Of a stretch of 64,000 nt of DNA, positions 34,618 to 46,299 are shown in pieces. The DNA is taken from assembly GCA_004431415.1 (NCBI GenBank), contig QPMI01000398.1:1-64000 (forward strand). The letters run 5' to 3'. The notes under the pieces are model-generated. The model ran no database searches. It saw only the letters and a program-made list of their open reading frames with translations, and had not been told where the DNA came from. The stretch comes from Cyanophora paradoxa CCMP329 (lineage: Eukaryota > Plantae > Glaucophyta). Both the position numbers and the translations under genes were made by a program. How positions within the stretch are numbered: the first letter of the stretch is position 1; each line of letters starts with the position of its first letter.

Positions 34618-35792
34618 ATGATTCCAGCAGCAGCGTTCGTCCCGCCGCCGCTGCCCGCCCAGCTCGGCGCGCGGTGGAAGTCGACGACGCGGGCGCTCGG
34701 CAACCGTAGCGAAAGCGCCAACCAGCTCAAGATCGGCGTTAATGGGCCTCAGAAAAGGCCGGAACAGCAGCGGCGCTGGCGGGCGCTTCCTGCGGCGGGC
34801 GTTCAGGTCGTGGCCTCCGCCGCGGGCGGCCATTCCCCGCGATCGGAGGCGGCAGCTACGCCGGATTTCGCTCCCGTCGGGCGCCGCGCGGCGCTCCTGT
34901 CCGCCGCCGCCGCCGCCGCCCTGCAGCTCGCCGCGCCGTTCGCCCCTGCGCGCGCGGCGGCCGCCCCACTCGAGGAGGACTACACGGCGACGCCCTCGGG
35001 ACTGCGGTTCGTGAGCTTCGCGGAGGGCAACGGCGAGGCGCCGGCGGAGGGCCAGGTCGTGGAGATCAAGTACGCCGCCTACTTCCTCAACTACGAGGTG
35101 CGCGGGGCGGCTTTCGGGACCGAGAAAGCTAAGCCGTGGCGATCGGATGTAGCTAGTGCACTGCGCTGGCGCCTAGCTAGACGTAGCGCGCGCGGTTCGA
35201 GCTGAAACGCGCCCCGACCGTGCAGGGCAAGTTCATCGACAAGGTCGCGGGGTACGCCGGTCCCGCCCGCTTTCCTGTACCCCCTTCCTGACGCGGTCCG
35301 CACCCCCAGCGACCAGGAGCCCTTCTCGTTCCGGGTAGGCTCGGGTGACGTCATCCCGGGGCTGGACGAGGCCGTCCGGGGTATGCGACCCGGAGGTGCG
35401 GCGCACCCCCATCCCTTTCCGAACCTCTCCCCTCCGGTTTTTGAGGCTGGTGTACCCCGGCAGCTATCCGGCGGCTGGTGATCCCCGCGGAGCTGGGGTA
35501 CAAGTCGCCGGAGGACGGGCCCAAGCCGCGCAGTGTGCGTGCCCGTACCCCCCTTTCGCCCACTCCACCCTTTCGCCTTGGCAGCCTAGAACTAGAGCCC
35601 GGGCCCCATGGCCGCGCCGCCCCTCTCCATCTCCCCGCCCCATCTCGTAGCCGCCGCTCCCCTCCACCTTCCAACGCCCATACCCCTCTGCAGTTCGGGG
35701 GCCGGCGGCTGGTGGACTACGTGCTGCGGAACCCGCGCGTGGACGCCTCCGTCCTCATGGACGTCGAGCTCGTCCGCGTCCGCAGGGGCTGA
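34618..35792 (+). CDS. FKBP-type PPIase, predicted thylakoid-lumen (transit peptide plus Tat signal), multi-exon
   Basis: MIPAAAFV transit start; VGRRAALL...ARA; TPSGLRF...GNG..P.EGQVV; FRVGSGDVIPGLDEAVRGMRPG; IPAELGY; DVELVRV. Confidence 0.9.
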
Positions 35793-35810
35793 TCATGATG
35801 CGCCCGCCGG

Positions 35811-35913
35811 CGCCTGTATACGAGTTTTCCTTGACATAATTCACTCGCCTGTATACGAGTTTTCCTTGACATAATTCACTCGCCTGTATACGAGTTTTCC
35901 TTGACATAATTCA
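35811..35913. repeat. 35-bp tandem repeat x3, inside an insertion flanked by a duplicated FKBP 3' end
   Basis: CGCCTGTATACGAGTTTTCCTTGACATAATTCACT head to tail; ~35729-35792 recurs at ~35958-36020. Confidence 0.92.
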
Positions 35914-36742
35914 TTTTCCTTGACGACATAATTATAAGCCACTCGTTCTTAGATCTAGAACCCGCGCGTGGACGCCTCCGTCCTCATGGACGTCGAGCTC
36001 GTCCGCGTCCGCAGGGGCTGACGCGCCCGCCGGCCGCGCCCGGGCCCGGAGGGCTGGCTGGGCGACGGGGCTGAGGCGCCCGCCGCGTTTGACGGGCCGG
36101 GCCCCAGGCCCAAGTCTAGTAGCCGGATCAATATTTTAATGGGATCCCGTCCGGGCGCATCTCGGAACGTCGAGCTCCTCAGCGTCCCACAGCCGCGATC
36201 CGCCGATCATGATCATCCGCGCCCCGAGCCCCGCCGGAGCATTGAAATACGCGCCCCAAGTCCAAAGCCTCGGCCCCGCGATCACTGTTGTGCGCAACAA
36301 AAACAACTGGGGCTGAATTGAAAAGTACTCTGAATACAAAGTATAAACAAACAATTGCAAGTACATATCAAGAAATGCAAATACAATTTACTGGGCGCTG
36401 CGGATTAGAAAGATCAGACGTATTACTGGACGCTGCAGATTAGAAAGAGTAGACGCGTCACTGGACGCTGCAGGACTTCTCCTCATCGGCGGTTGGCGGC
36501 GGGAGAGGCGCCGGCAGCGACGCGAACGGCTGTCTCATCGAGCGGCAGCGGTAGCGGCTGTCTCAATCCGTTCGCGGCAGCTCGATGAGACAGCCGTTCG
36601 CGTCGTTGCTGGCGCCAACGTTAACGGCAGTCTGGATTGGAGCGGCAGCAGCCCCCGCTTTGACGGGGCTCCGGTCTGGAGCGGGAGCCCCCCGCGGCCG
36701 CCTCGAGAGAAAGAGAGGAAGATAGGAGAAAGACCAGAGGCG

Positions 36743-38720
36743 TCACTGGACGCTGCAGGACTTCTCTTCCCCCGCGGCCGGCGTCGGCGGCGGGAGGGGC
36801 GCTGGCAGCGACGCGAAGGGCTGCCGAGGCGCCATCAGCTCGAGATGCAGGGCAAGGGGGAGGGCAGCGCCCTCTGACCTTCGTGTTGGCGACGGCGGCG
36901 TCGATGTGGCTGCAGAGGCGCGCGATGCACTCCTCCTGCATGCTGTTGTGGAAGAAGAGGGCGTTGTGGCGCGGGAAGTTCGCCATGTCGGGCGGCAGGC
37001 CGGCCGTCGACGGGAAGCGCTCCTGCGGGTCGTCCACCACCGGGATGATCGCCTGCGTGGATTGCGGCCGGCATAAATACACGATATGGATCTCTCAGGT
37101 CTGCGCGCGCGGTTCACGGGCGCCGCGAGTTCAACTCTGATAGTTTTAGCCATGCAGCGCTGGCTCCGCAGACCTTGCCGAGGTGGCACGCCTCCGCGAT
37201 CTCGCGGCGCACCCTGCGCGCGGCCAGCGGTCAGAGGAGTGGAAAGAGCGACTCGGCCCCCAGCCACAGCCCGTGCACGCACCAGTCCTCGAGCTCCTTG
37301 CAGCGCTCGAGGGTGCCATCAACGAGGATGAAGACTGCGGGGCGGGCTAAGGGAGAGCTATCCACGATCAACGCAGAGCCGGACCGTCGCAGCAGGAGGC
37401 GCGGAGGGATTCGAGGATCTTCGAGTCGAAGACGCCGCCCTGCAGCGACCGCACGTCGAAGAAGACCTTGTAGCTGTCGGAGAAAGTCCAGGCGTGAGCC
37501 TCGGAGAGAAGTGGGGCGAGTTCGAAGGCGGACCCGTGGCTCTCGAGGGCCTTGCAGAAGAGAGAGGCGAGGTAGTTCTTGCCCCCCATCCGCCGGTACG
37601 TGATGCTGCGCCCTGTTAGCGAGCTCATCTAACAGCTTACGTCAGGTGGATGCGCACAAGACGTGGTACTCGTAGCCGGGAGGGAGGGGCGGGACGCGCG
37701 AAGCGGGGCCGTAGCCGGGCGCTGCACCGTAACCCGGCGTGGGGCTGTAGCCAGGAGCTTGGCCGTACCCAGGCCCGGGGCCGTAGGCTGGGGGCGGGTG
37801 GCGGAGATGTGGCCGCCGCGGAGGGCGGCGATCTCGGCGAGGAGGCGGTGGCGGGCGCCAAAGTGCGGGACGCCCATCCGCTCGAGCTCGCCGTCGCCCA
37901 GGGCGAGGAGGGCGACGCCGTTCGTGTAGCGGAAGGCCCCCGCGAACCTGCTCCCGCCTCAGGTTTCCGGAGGGGTTCGGGGTTTCTCCTCAGGCAGTGC
38001 TGAGCGGGGCGGCGCGGCGCACTCGGCGATCTGGCCGCGGGAGCGGACCCACGCGACGACGTCCTCCTCGCTCCAGGAGCGCACGTCGCCAGCCGGGGGG
38101 GGCCGCGGGGGCGCCGGCCCGGGCGCCTGCTGGGGGCGCGCTGCGGGGCGGGCTCGCGTCGGGGGAAGGGAAGCACGGGCGGGGGTACACGGACTGGGAG
38201 CTGGAGCGGCCGAGGCGGCGGGCGGGGCGGGGCGCGGGGCGGGGGCGGCCTGCGGTGGCTGGGTGAGGGGCGCGGCCGCGGGGGCGGGGCGGCGGGGCGC
38301 ACCACGGGGGCGGGGGCGTGGGCGGGGAGGGAGCGGAGGTAGGGCACGACGGCGGCGCACTGGGCTCTACCACCAAACGGCGCGGCGGACGGGCTCGGGC
38401 CACGAGTCCACGACGGGGTTGCCGTGCACCCTCAGCTCCTGCAGGGCGGCGAGGCGGCCGATCTCCGGTGGCAGCGCCGTCAGCCGGTTGCGAGCCATCC
38501 ATAGCACCTCCAGGTTCGGCCCCCTTGTCAGCTTGGCGAGCATCGACAATATGCGCCTGCCCGCGCCAAATGCGCGCACCTTCGTTCTCTTGTACAGAAG
38601 ACGACGTCAGAACTCTGGACGTTCCCCGATTACCGGTCAATCTTCGACCGTGCCCGTGCTGCCTGCAATGTCGCTCAATATCAGCGATTGTAGCCGAATG
38701 AGCGCGAACGATCGAGCCTA
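36743..38720 (-). CDS. LRR-SAM-TIR protein with a SARM1-like TIR domain and C-terminal CaaX (5' end uncertain; apparent frameshift near 38375)
   Basis: Spliced translation. LRR: LEVLWMARNRLTALPPEIGRLAALQELRVHGNP. SAM: WSEEDVVAWV...NGVALLAL...LERMGV...RHRLLAEI. TIR: YHVFITYRR...LASL...VFFDVRSLQGGVFDSKILES...DWVRREI...IIPV...LPPDM. Ends SCSVQ*. Confidence 0.82.
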
Positions 38721-41700
38721 GCAGCTGAGAGAAGCTGCGGCTTCGCGCACCTTCTCCGACCGATACTGGGGTACGGTCGCACCTATCGCCTCGTGGTCGA
38801 CGGCGGCTAATATCCAGCAGTTTGGAGGACGCAGAGAGCGCACGCCTGCTAGATCAAGACAGATCTATCTAGACAGCCTGTTTGCCCGCGATGGCGAGCG
38901 ATCGATGGCGTAGGGCCGAGCGCTGCCCATGGCCAGCCCGCGCTCGGGTATGCGTAGCTTACGCGCCTCCATGCCGCGGCCGACGCGCCTCCCGACTCAG
39001 AAATCGCGAAGGTAGACTCGCGCGAGAGATACTCGAGCGCCGGCCCGGGGCGGCCTTGGCTTGGCAGGCGGCGGCGGCGGCGGCGGCGGCGGAGGCGGTT
39101 TGCCAGCGCCGGGCGCTTTTCCTCGCCCAATGTGCATGGCCTGGCCTCCTCGCCTCGCCTCCTCCCCACGCCGGCCTCTTCCTTCCCCGGGGCCCAGCCC
39201 ATTGCAGTCGGGCTCCGCCGCCCGTCCGCCGGAGAATACCTCGCGATCGAGGGCCTCCCGCGCGCCCGGCGCCGGCCCGACTCCCTGTTCCGGAGCTCGC
39301 GGATCAGATTTTGAGGTGAAAAGGCAGTGGAGAGCACTAGGCGTGCCCGCGGAAGCGGGCGGTGTCCCATCTAGCCGTCCCGGAGAGCGCGGCGCGCGCC
39401 GACACGGACTGTCGCTCGGCGCCCTGCGCCGCCCGCCGGAGGCCCCGCCCGGCCGTCGCTCCGCCCCGCCCCGCCTCCGCGGCCCGCCGTCTCGGCCGCT
39501 CCATCTTCCCCGACAGCGAGAGCGCCGGCGAGGTGCGCGCCGTATCTATGCCGGGGTGCGCGGTACCCCTTCCCTCAAAAGCGCCTGTTAAGCTCCTCCC
39601 CCCTCCCCCCCCTCCTTCCCCCCCCCCCCCCCCCCCCACCTCCCCCCCTCACCCCCTATAGCTAGGGCCCCGACCCCGCCGGCCCGCGAGGTGCGCGCAT
39701 TTATGCGCCCGGAGAACCGAAGCACCGAAGCACGCCTAGCGCCTCTGCCACGCCCGGCCGCCCCGAGGGCCGTACCCCCGCCCCGCCCCGCCCCGCCCCC
39801 TCAGCCCCCTTGGCCCCGCCCCCGCCGCTGACTCGGCCCGCCATCTCGGGTGGCCCTGTCCTCGGCCGTTCCTTCCCTCTCCTCGGCCTCTGCCGTCCCG
39901 CTCCCCGCCGGCGCCCTCCGCCCCGCCTCCGGATCCAAGGCTGGGGCCTTGGTCCTCCCAAGGCTGGGCCGGCTACTAGGCTGGGCCTGACGGGGCCAAG
40001 CCGGCGGACAGGGGGCCGAGTGGGACGCCTCCCCAGTACCCGCGCCCCGCTCCCCGCCCCCCGTCGCCCGCTCCGAGGCTCCCGGAGTCCCTCCTCTCGT
40101 TTCCGGCCCCGGTCCGGCCAGGCCCCGCCCCGCCCCGCCCCGCCCCGCCCTTCAAGGCTCTTGCGCTTAGAGCTCCCCTGGGCCTCGTGAAAGGCGGCCG
40201 GCGCCGGCGCCGGCGCCGCGCCTCCCAGGCTCGGCCCGCCTTCGAATTCCCCTGCGGCGGGCCGGGGCCCCATGGGCCAGCTAGCTCGGTGAGCCGCGCC
40301 CCGCCTCCCCCCTCCTCCTCTCGCAACGGCCGCGGCCCCGCCCCGTCGACGTCACTCCAGACTAGAAAGCTCCAGACTAGCTCCCGGCCTGGCGGCCCTA
40401 TAGCCCTATAGCCCTGTACCCCCGTACTACTGTATTCTCAGTCTACCTGTACCCCTCAATATACCACCTTGCCAGCTATTAGGCCATCATGGCATCGATA
40501 TCTAGCCTGACAACAGTAATAGCTGCACTACTAGGCCTAGGCTATAGCTAGGCCCTGACCCTCAGGGCCTGAGGCCTGCGCATGCCACTCCAAGTCCTGA
40601 CCACATCATTGAGTCACAAGAATTCAGGATTCTAAAGTGATCATGAGGATACATTATGACCTGTACGTATACAGACAGGCGTCAATAGTGTAACTACGCC
40701 GTGACGAGTGCTAGTACTGATCATCGGGTCATGAGCTACTAGGATTAGATCTCCCCCCGGCCCCGCCTCACTGAGTCAAGCTCTCCGCGGCTGGCCGACG
40801 GGGCCCCCGCCCCGGCCGCGGGCCTCCGAGGCTCGAGGACCGTCGGACCTTGAAAACCTCTATGCTGCGCTCCAGCGGGAAGGGTGCTCAGCGGCTTATT
40901 AGACGCTCAAGATCAAGCTCACAGGCTCACTGAGTCAGGAAACTATTAGTATAAGCTACTAAAACCAATTGTCACAGTGTTTCATGATCAGGCGCTCAGG
41001 GTCCGCCTTCGGGGGCGGGCGCCGGCGCCCCCTCTGCCGCAGCCGCTGAGCCGCCGCCTCAGCCCCGAGGACCTCGACGCTGCGCTCAGTGACGTACGAG
41101 CTTTAGGTCCCTTCTCGAGGCAAATCGCCACCTGACTAACAACTATAACTAATTTCTAATTGATTCATGATTAAGCGTTCAGGGTCCGCTCCCCGGGCCC
41201 GGGGGCGGGAGCCCCCTCCTCGGCCCCGAGGACCTCGACGCTGTGCTCGAGGGGGAAGCCGGCCCCGTCGACCCGCGCCCGCACCGCCAGCTGCAGGAGC
41301 GCGGGGCGCACCCCGGGTCCCCGCAGCGCCGCCGCGCGCGCCGCGACCGAGGCCGAGGCCGCCTCGTAGGCCGCGCGCCCCTGCGGGAACCGCCATCCTC
41401 CCCTCCTCCTCCCCTCCCCCCTCATCGTCCGAGGAGGAGGAGCTTGAGGGCCCGAGGGGGCAGCGGGCGACGCGGCGGAGGCCCGAGGGGTCCCCGAGGA
41501 GGCCGCGAGCGCCGCCGGCCGCAGGAGGGCCCTCAGCGGCGGCGGGTGCGGCGCCCCATCGCCGCCCGAAGGATCGCTATCGCTCAGCAGCGCCTGCGCG
41601 GGCGCAGAGTCGGCGCGGAGGGTGGGGTGGGGGCGGGAGTTTCGGAGCTCATTTTTTGGACTCTCGAGTTCAGGGGAGGAGGGAGGAGACCGGGGGAGAA

Positions 41701-42599
41701 ACTAGGCTCTAGTTCTGAGCTCAAAGCTTATGTTTGTTTTAGAGCTGTGAGCTCGAAAAGCGCGCACGAAGGCGGGGCGGAACTCCCACCGAACCGCCTC
41801 CTCGGCGCTGAGGGGCGGGGGGCACGCCCCGCAGCCGTAGATCCCCTGCGACCGAAGTCACCGAGTCAGCGGTGGTTGGAGGGGATAAGGCGTAGAGAAG
41901 TAGCCTAAGGGGGCTGAGGTGTGTGCGTACCTCGGGGCAGGGCTCGACGGCGCGGCCGCAGCGGGGGCAGGCCGCGCGGACGGCCCGGTACGCCGCCGGT
42001 ACCCCTCATCGTCCACGCCGAAGCCTGCGCGGGGGGGGGGGGGGGGGGGGGGGGGGGGATCAAGAAGGGGTCCGGCGTTCAGGGAGGGGAACGCGCGCAC
42101 CGTCGCCGGTCCAGGGTACGTCGTCAGGCAGGCGGAGAAAGGAAACCAGGGCGGGTACGCGGACGAGGCCGGACGGGGGCAGCGCGGCAAGGGAGGGGTA
42201 CTCGACGAAGGGAGGGGGGCCGAAGGCGGCGACGAGGCGGGCGGCGGCGGGGTCGGCGGGCGAGAGGGGCGCCGCGGCAGTCCGGGGGGTACAATGCAGG
42301 TGCGGCCGCCCCGCCGGGAGGTGAGGGTCCCTGCGCTTTCCCTCGGCGGGGGGCAGGGGAGGGGAGGGGAGGAAGCGGGCGGGCAGTACGCGCGCTCGGC
42401 ACTGGAGGTACTGGAGCTCGACGAGGGTACCCGGGCACAGGAGGGGGAGAAGCCGAGCCACGCCCTCCTCCCACCTGCGCGCCGTCCGATGAGCATAGAG
42501 GGGGGGACACGGGAAGCGGGGGGAGGCAGGTGGAGGGGGGGCGGGGGGTACAGGTGGAGGCAGACGGGCCGGTCGGGGTATCGGCGACGACCACAGTCA

Positions 42600-44270
42600 C
42601 GCGGAGCCGCCTGCGGCGGCCGCTCTGGCCGGATGCCGGCGGAGGGCCTGCGGCAGGCGCGGCGCGGCTGCGCAGGTCACCGGAGGGAAGGGCGAGGGGA
42701 GGGGAAGGGACGGGGTACCGAGGACGCGGACGCGGACGTGGAGGAGGGTATCGGGCTGGAGGGCGGCCAGGGAGGGGGCGAAGTCGACGGGGCCGCGGGG
42801 CGGCGGGCGGGGGCGCGGGGGCCGGCGGCGGCCGCAGGAGGGGCGCGTGGTGCTCGGCGGCCCACGTTGCAAGCCCGTCGACAACCTGCGAACGAAGTCA
42901 AGCCGGGAGGGCGCCCGGACATTCGACGACAACGAGCCTCGGGGTCAGGCGGCGGGTGCAGCGGCCGGCCGTACGGCTCCGGGGCTCGCTCGGGGCCCGT
43001 CCGCAGCCTCCGGAGGACCCTCGCGTCCGAGGCCCGACCTGCGGCCCGCGCTCGCCACGCGCTGAGGGGGGTACACGGCACGAGCACGCGCCCACGTTGC
43101 CTGTGACCTGAGGGCGCGGGTCAGGTGAGATCCGCCAGGCGCGGCGCCCCCGCCCCCCGCACCTGGCCCTGCCACTCCTTCAGAGCCACGCTGAAGACCT
43201 GGAGCACGTCGCCGGGCCACAGGCGCTGCGCCCAGGCCGCTCCCGCCCGCCAGAACGTCAGCTGCGGCGGGCGCGGCGTCAGCGTGGCGCGCGCGGGGGG
43301 AACGGTCTCCCGGGGGAACGGACGCGGAGGCGTTCGCCGGACCGGTCCGCGACGATGACGTTGGACGTGGAGACGTGCTCCGAGCCGCAGAGGACCGCTT
43401 GCTCGGGGAAGATCTGAGAGGAGCGTTCGCCCGGCGGACGGGCGGACGGGCGGGCGGTGGCGCGGGCGGCGGGCGGGAGCGCGGGTGGGGCGCGGGGCGT
43501 GCCTGCATGACCACACCGAGGACCGCGGCTTGCTCTCCCGCCCGCAGGTCCGCGAGCGTACGAGGCCGCTTCGCCGCCGGCGGCGTCGCCCCCGCGGGCC
43601 CCACCGGCCGCTTCGCCCCGGCGGCGGCGCCGGGGGCGCCGGGGGCGGAAGCGGGGCCGGCCGGCGGGCCCGAGCGGCTCCTCTCCGGCGTGGTGACGGT
43701 GCACGCACGGCGGCGCGGGCCGCCGGGAGGCTGCAGCTGGACGCGCGGGCGGGCGGAGGCGCGGAGAGAGGCTCCGGCTCCGGCGGCGGGCCGGGCGGCG
43801 GCTCCGCCGGTGGCTCTGGTGCTGCTGCAGCAGCAGCGGCCGCTGCGGCGATGTCGTACTCCTCCAAAAGGCGGAGCGAGAGCTCCTGCAAGGCCTCGTA
43901 CTCCTCCGCGTCGCTGTCGCGCGGCGGCGCCGCCTCCTGCTCCGCCGCACGGGCGGCGGCGGGCGACCGCGCCGGCGACGGCAGCCGCCGCGCCGGCGAA
44001 CTCTCTCGCGCAGGCGACGCCGGCAGCGAGCCGCCGCTGCATCCGCTGGGCCGACGCCGGGCCGCGCGTGGGTTCCAGGATCGAGCGCTTTCGCGTCTCC
44101 CGCCTCGACCCAGGATCGCCGGGGTGCTCGTCGTCGGGAGAGACGGGTCCAGCTCCAGTTCGAGCTCGCCTGCGCCGCCCTGGTCGCCCTCGTCGGCTGC
44201 TCAGCTATCCCGAGCTCAAAGCGAGCCGAGCAATGAACGACCCGCTGGCCGCCCTCACCTGCGCCACCTA
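42600..44270 (-). pseudogene. Diverged duplicate of the OB-fold gene region (partner ~46110..47800)
   Basis: Same exons (TLADLRAGEQ, VIVADRSGE, LTFWRAGAAWA) with indels and no matching ATG. Confidence 0.65.
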
Positions 44271-45034
44271 CCTCCGCTGGGCGGCGAGTGACGCCGAGGT
44301 AACGGCGAGGTTGCAGAGGGGGGCACCCTAATTTCGCGGCGTCATCTCCGCTGCGAGTGAAGCCCACGTGCACGGCGAGCTGTCTCGTTGGTCTCAAGCA
44401 CTCCTGGAAGATCTCTCAGCGCCGCGCGGCCCCCGCAGCCGCCCTGCTCTCCACAAACTTGTCCCCGTGCGAGCCCGCCGAGCCTCGTTGAGCCAGCCGA
44501 GTCTTCCCAGAAGCCAACTCCCCAAACACCAGGCCGCTGAACTTCTGCCCCCCGCGTGCTCCACATGCTTCGTGCCTCCGTTGCACTTGTCAACTGCAGC
44601 CGCGTGCACGTGGTGCGCTCACGGCTCGAGTTGAGAATGACGCCTTTGCACAACTTGGTCCCCAAACGCATCGCATCTGCACAGCCCGCATCTTCAACTG
44701 CAACCTTGCGTGACTGTGAGCTCCCCAATGCCCATTCCTGGCCTTCGAATTGAGTTTGCAAGCCTTTTTCCACGATGTTTAATGTTAGCATGCAGATGGT
44801 GAAATCGTGGGCTCGTTGCGCAAGGCCCTCGCCTGCAAGGACCCAAATGAGCGAGCGCTTCTGGTGGCTGTGGTGCTCTTTATATCGATTGCCCGCTTCG
44901 GCCTTTTCGGGCGGCGGTATGCTTAAACAGAACTCTGCAGTCTCTTGAACAAGTGGTTCACTTCTCCAACCGCGAGGTTCTGCAAGCAATCAGCAGCTCG
45001 AACTCTCAGCTGATGAACGAGGTGCGGTGCTTTC

Positions 45035-45290
45035 CACGCGTTGTGCGCGAGACACGGCTAAGCTCCGAAACCAGATTGGCAAGACAAAGAATGAGATGGG
45101 GGAGATGCGGGTCGAGGTGAGATGTTTTGACCGCTTTGTGCAGATGAGGGACACGGCTAAGCTCTAAGCCAGATGGGAACGATGAAGAACGAGTTGGAGG
45201 GCGGGTGAGATGCTTTGACCGCGTTGTTCGCGGGCGGGACACGGCTAATCAGCAAGCCAGATGGGAAACATGAAGAACGATGTGGAATGG
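45035..45290. repeat. Degenerate ~90-100-bp tandem repeat x3
   Basis: GACACGGCTAA...CCAGAT(T/G)GG...GGTGAGATG.TTTGACCGC recurs. Confidence 0.75.
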
Positions 45291-46299
45291 ATCTCCAGCG
45301 GATTCAAGGTTCGAGACTTGCTTTTATGCTCGTTTCGTCCAGTCCAAGCTGACGAGTGCATGCCAGATACTGCTTGGTGCAGTGACCTTGCTCGGCGTCG
45401 GCGCCATCGGCACGACTGCGCAGTCGTGCGTTTCTGTTCATTGCTTACTTTCTTTTTTTTGTCTTCTGAGTCGGTCGCGCATACAGCGTTCTCGATTGGA
45501 TTCGCTCCTTAATGCGATCATAAGCTCTGCTCCACCCCTCTTTTCTTTCTTCTCCGCTTCGTGTTTTGGGAGCCTGGACAAAGTGACGAGATCTAGGCCT
45601 GCGAGCGCTCGTTCGAAGGACCGGAAGGTCTTGGAGCTTCTGGTGGGTAATGCAATGCACTGGACCTGCACTTGTGCAGTTGTATTGTAGCAAAATTTGC
45701 AATTGTGAGGTTGTATAGTAGCAAGGGATCTTGAGCTTGCATTCGATATTCGCAGCTTGTTTAGTATTCGGATCGAACATGCAATATAATTGCAATACAT
45801 GAACATGCAGCGTTCAGGGAATTCGAAGGGGTACGAGCGCGCCGTCGCAAGATCACGGTACGTTCTCGGGCAGCTGCATGCAGGCGGATCCGGAGGAAGG
45901 ATATGAGTCGCGGGCGGAAACACGGGCGAGGCCAGACGGGCGCAATGCGGCGAGGAGGGGTACTCGATGAAGGAAGGGGCCAGAGGGCGGCGAGGTGGGC
46001 GACGGCAAGGTCGATGGGCGAGAGAGCACGGGGAAGGGGGGACCGGTGGAGGTACAAGGCCCTTTCGGGGCTATCGGCGACAATCTCAGTCACTGAGTCA
46101 CACGGAGCCACTTACGGTGTCCGCTCTGGCCGGACTCCGGTGGATGGGCCTGCAGCGGGCTGCCAGGCGCGGTGCGGCTGCACGGGTCACGGGAGGGCAG
46201 GGGAATGGCAGGTGGAAGACGGGGGAGAGGGGGGGGGGAGGGGAGGGGGGGGTACCGAGGACGCGGACGCGGACGTGGAGGAGGGTATCGGGCTGGAGG

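Noticed and set aside
35811-35913. 35-bp repeats as a CRISPR array or sigma70 promoter (contain TTGACA)
   Set aside because: The units are head to tail with no spacers, there are no cas genes or good -10 box, and the context is eukaryotic.
42030-42058. Long poly-G/poly-C tracts (also ~39600-39655 and ~58070-58089) as functional elements
   Set aside because: They are simple homopolymers of unreliable length with no supporting context.
38720-42600. Many long Arg/Pro/Gly/Ala-rich ORFs on both strands (also elsewhere in the GC-rich regions)
   Set aside because: They are expected from very high GC with few stop codons and carry no recognisable domain. A possible gene fragment at 41140-41450 could not be supported.
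44342-45923. ORFs in the lower-GC island between the two OB-fold copies
   Set aside because: No motif was recognised. It may be a TE remnant, but this cannot be supported.
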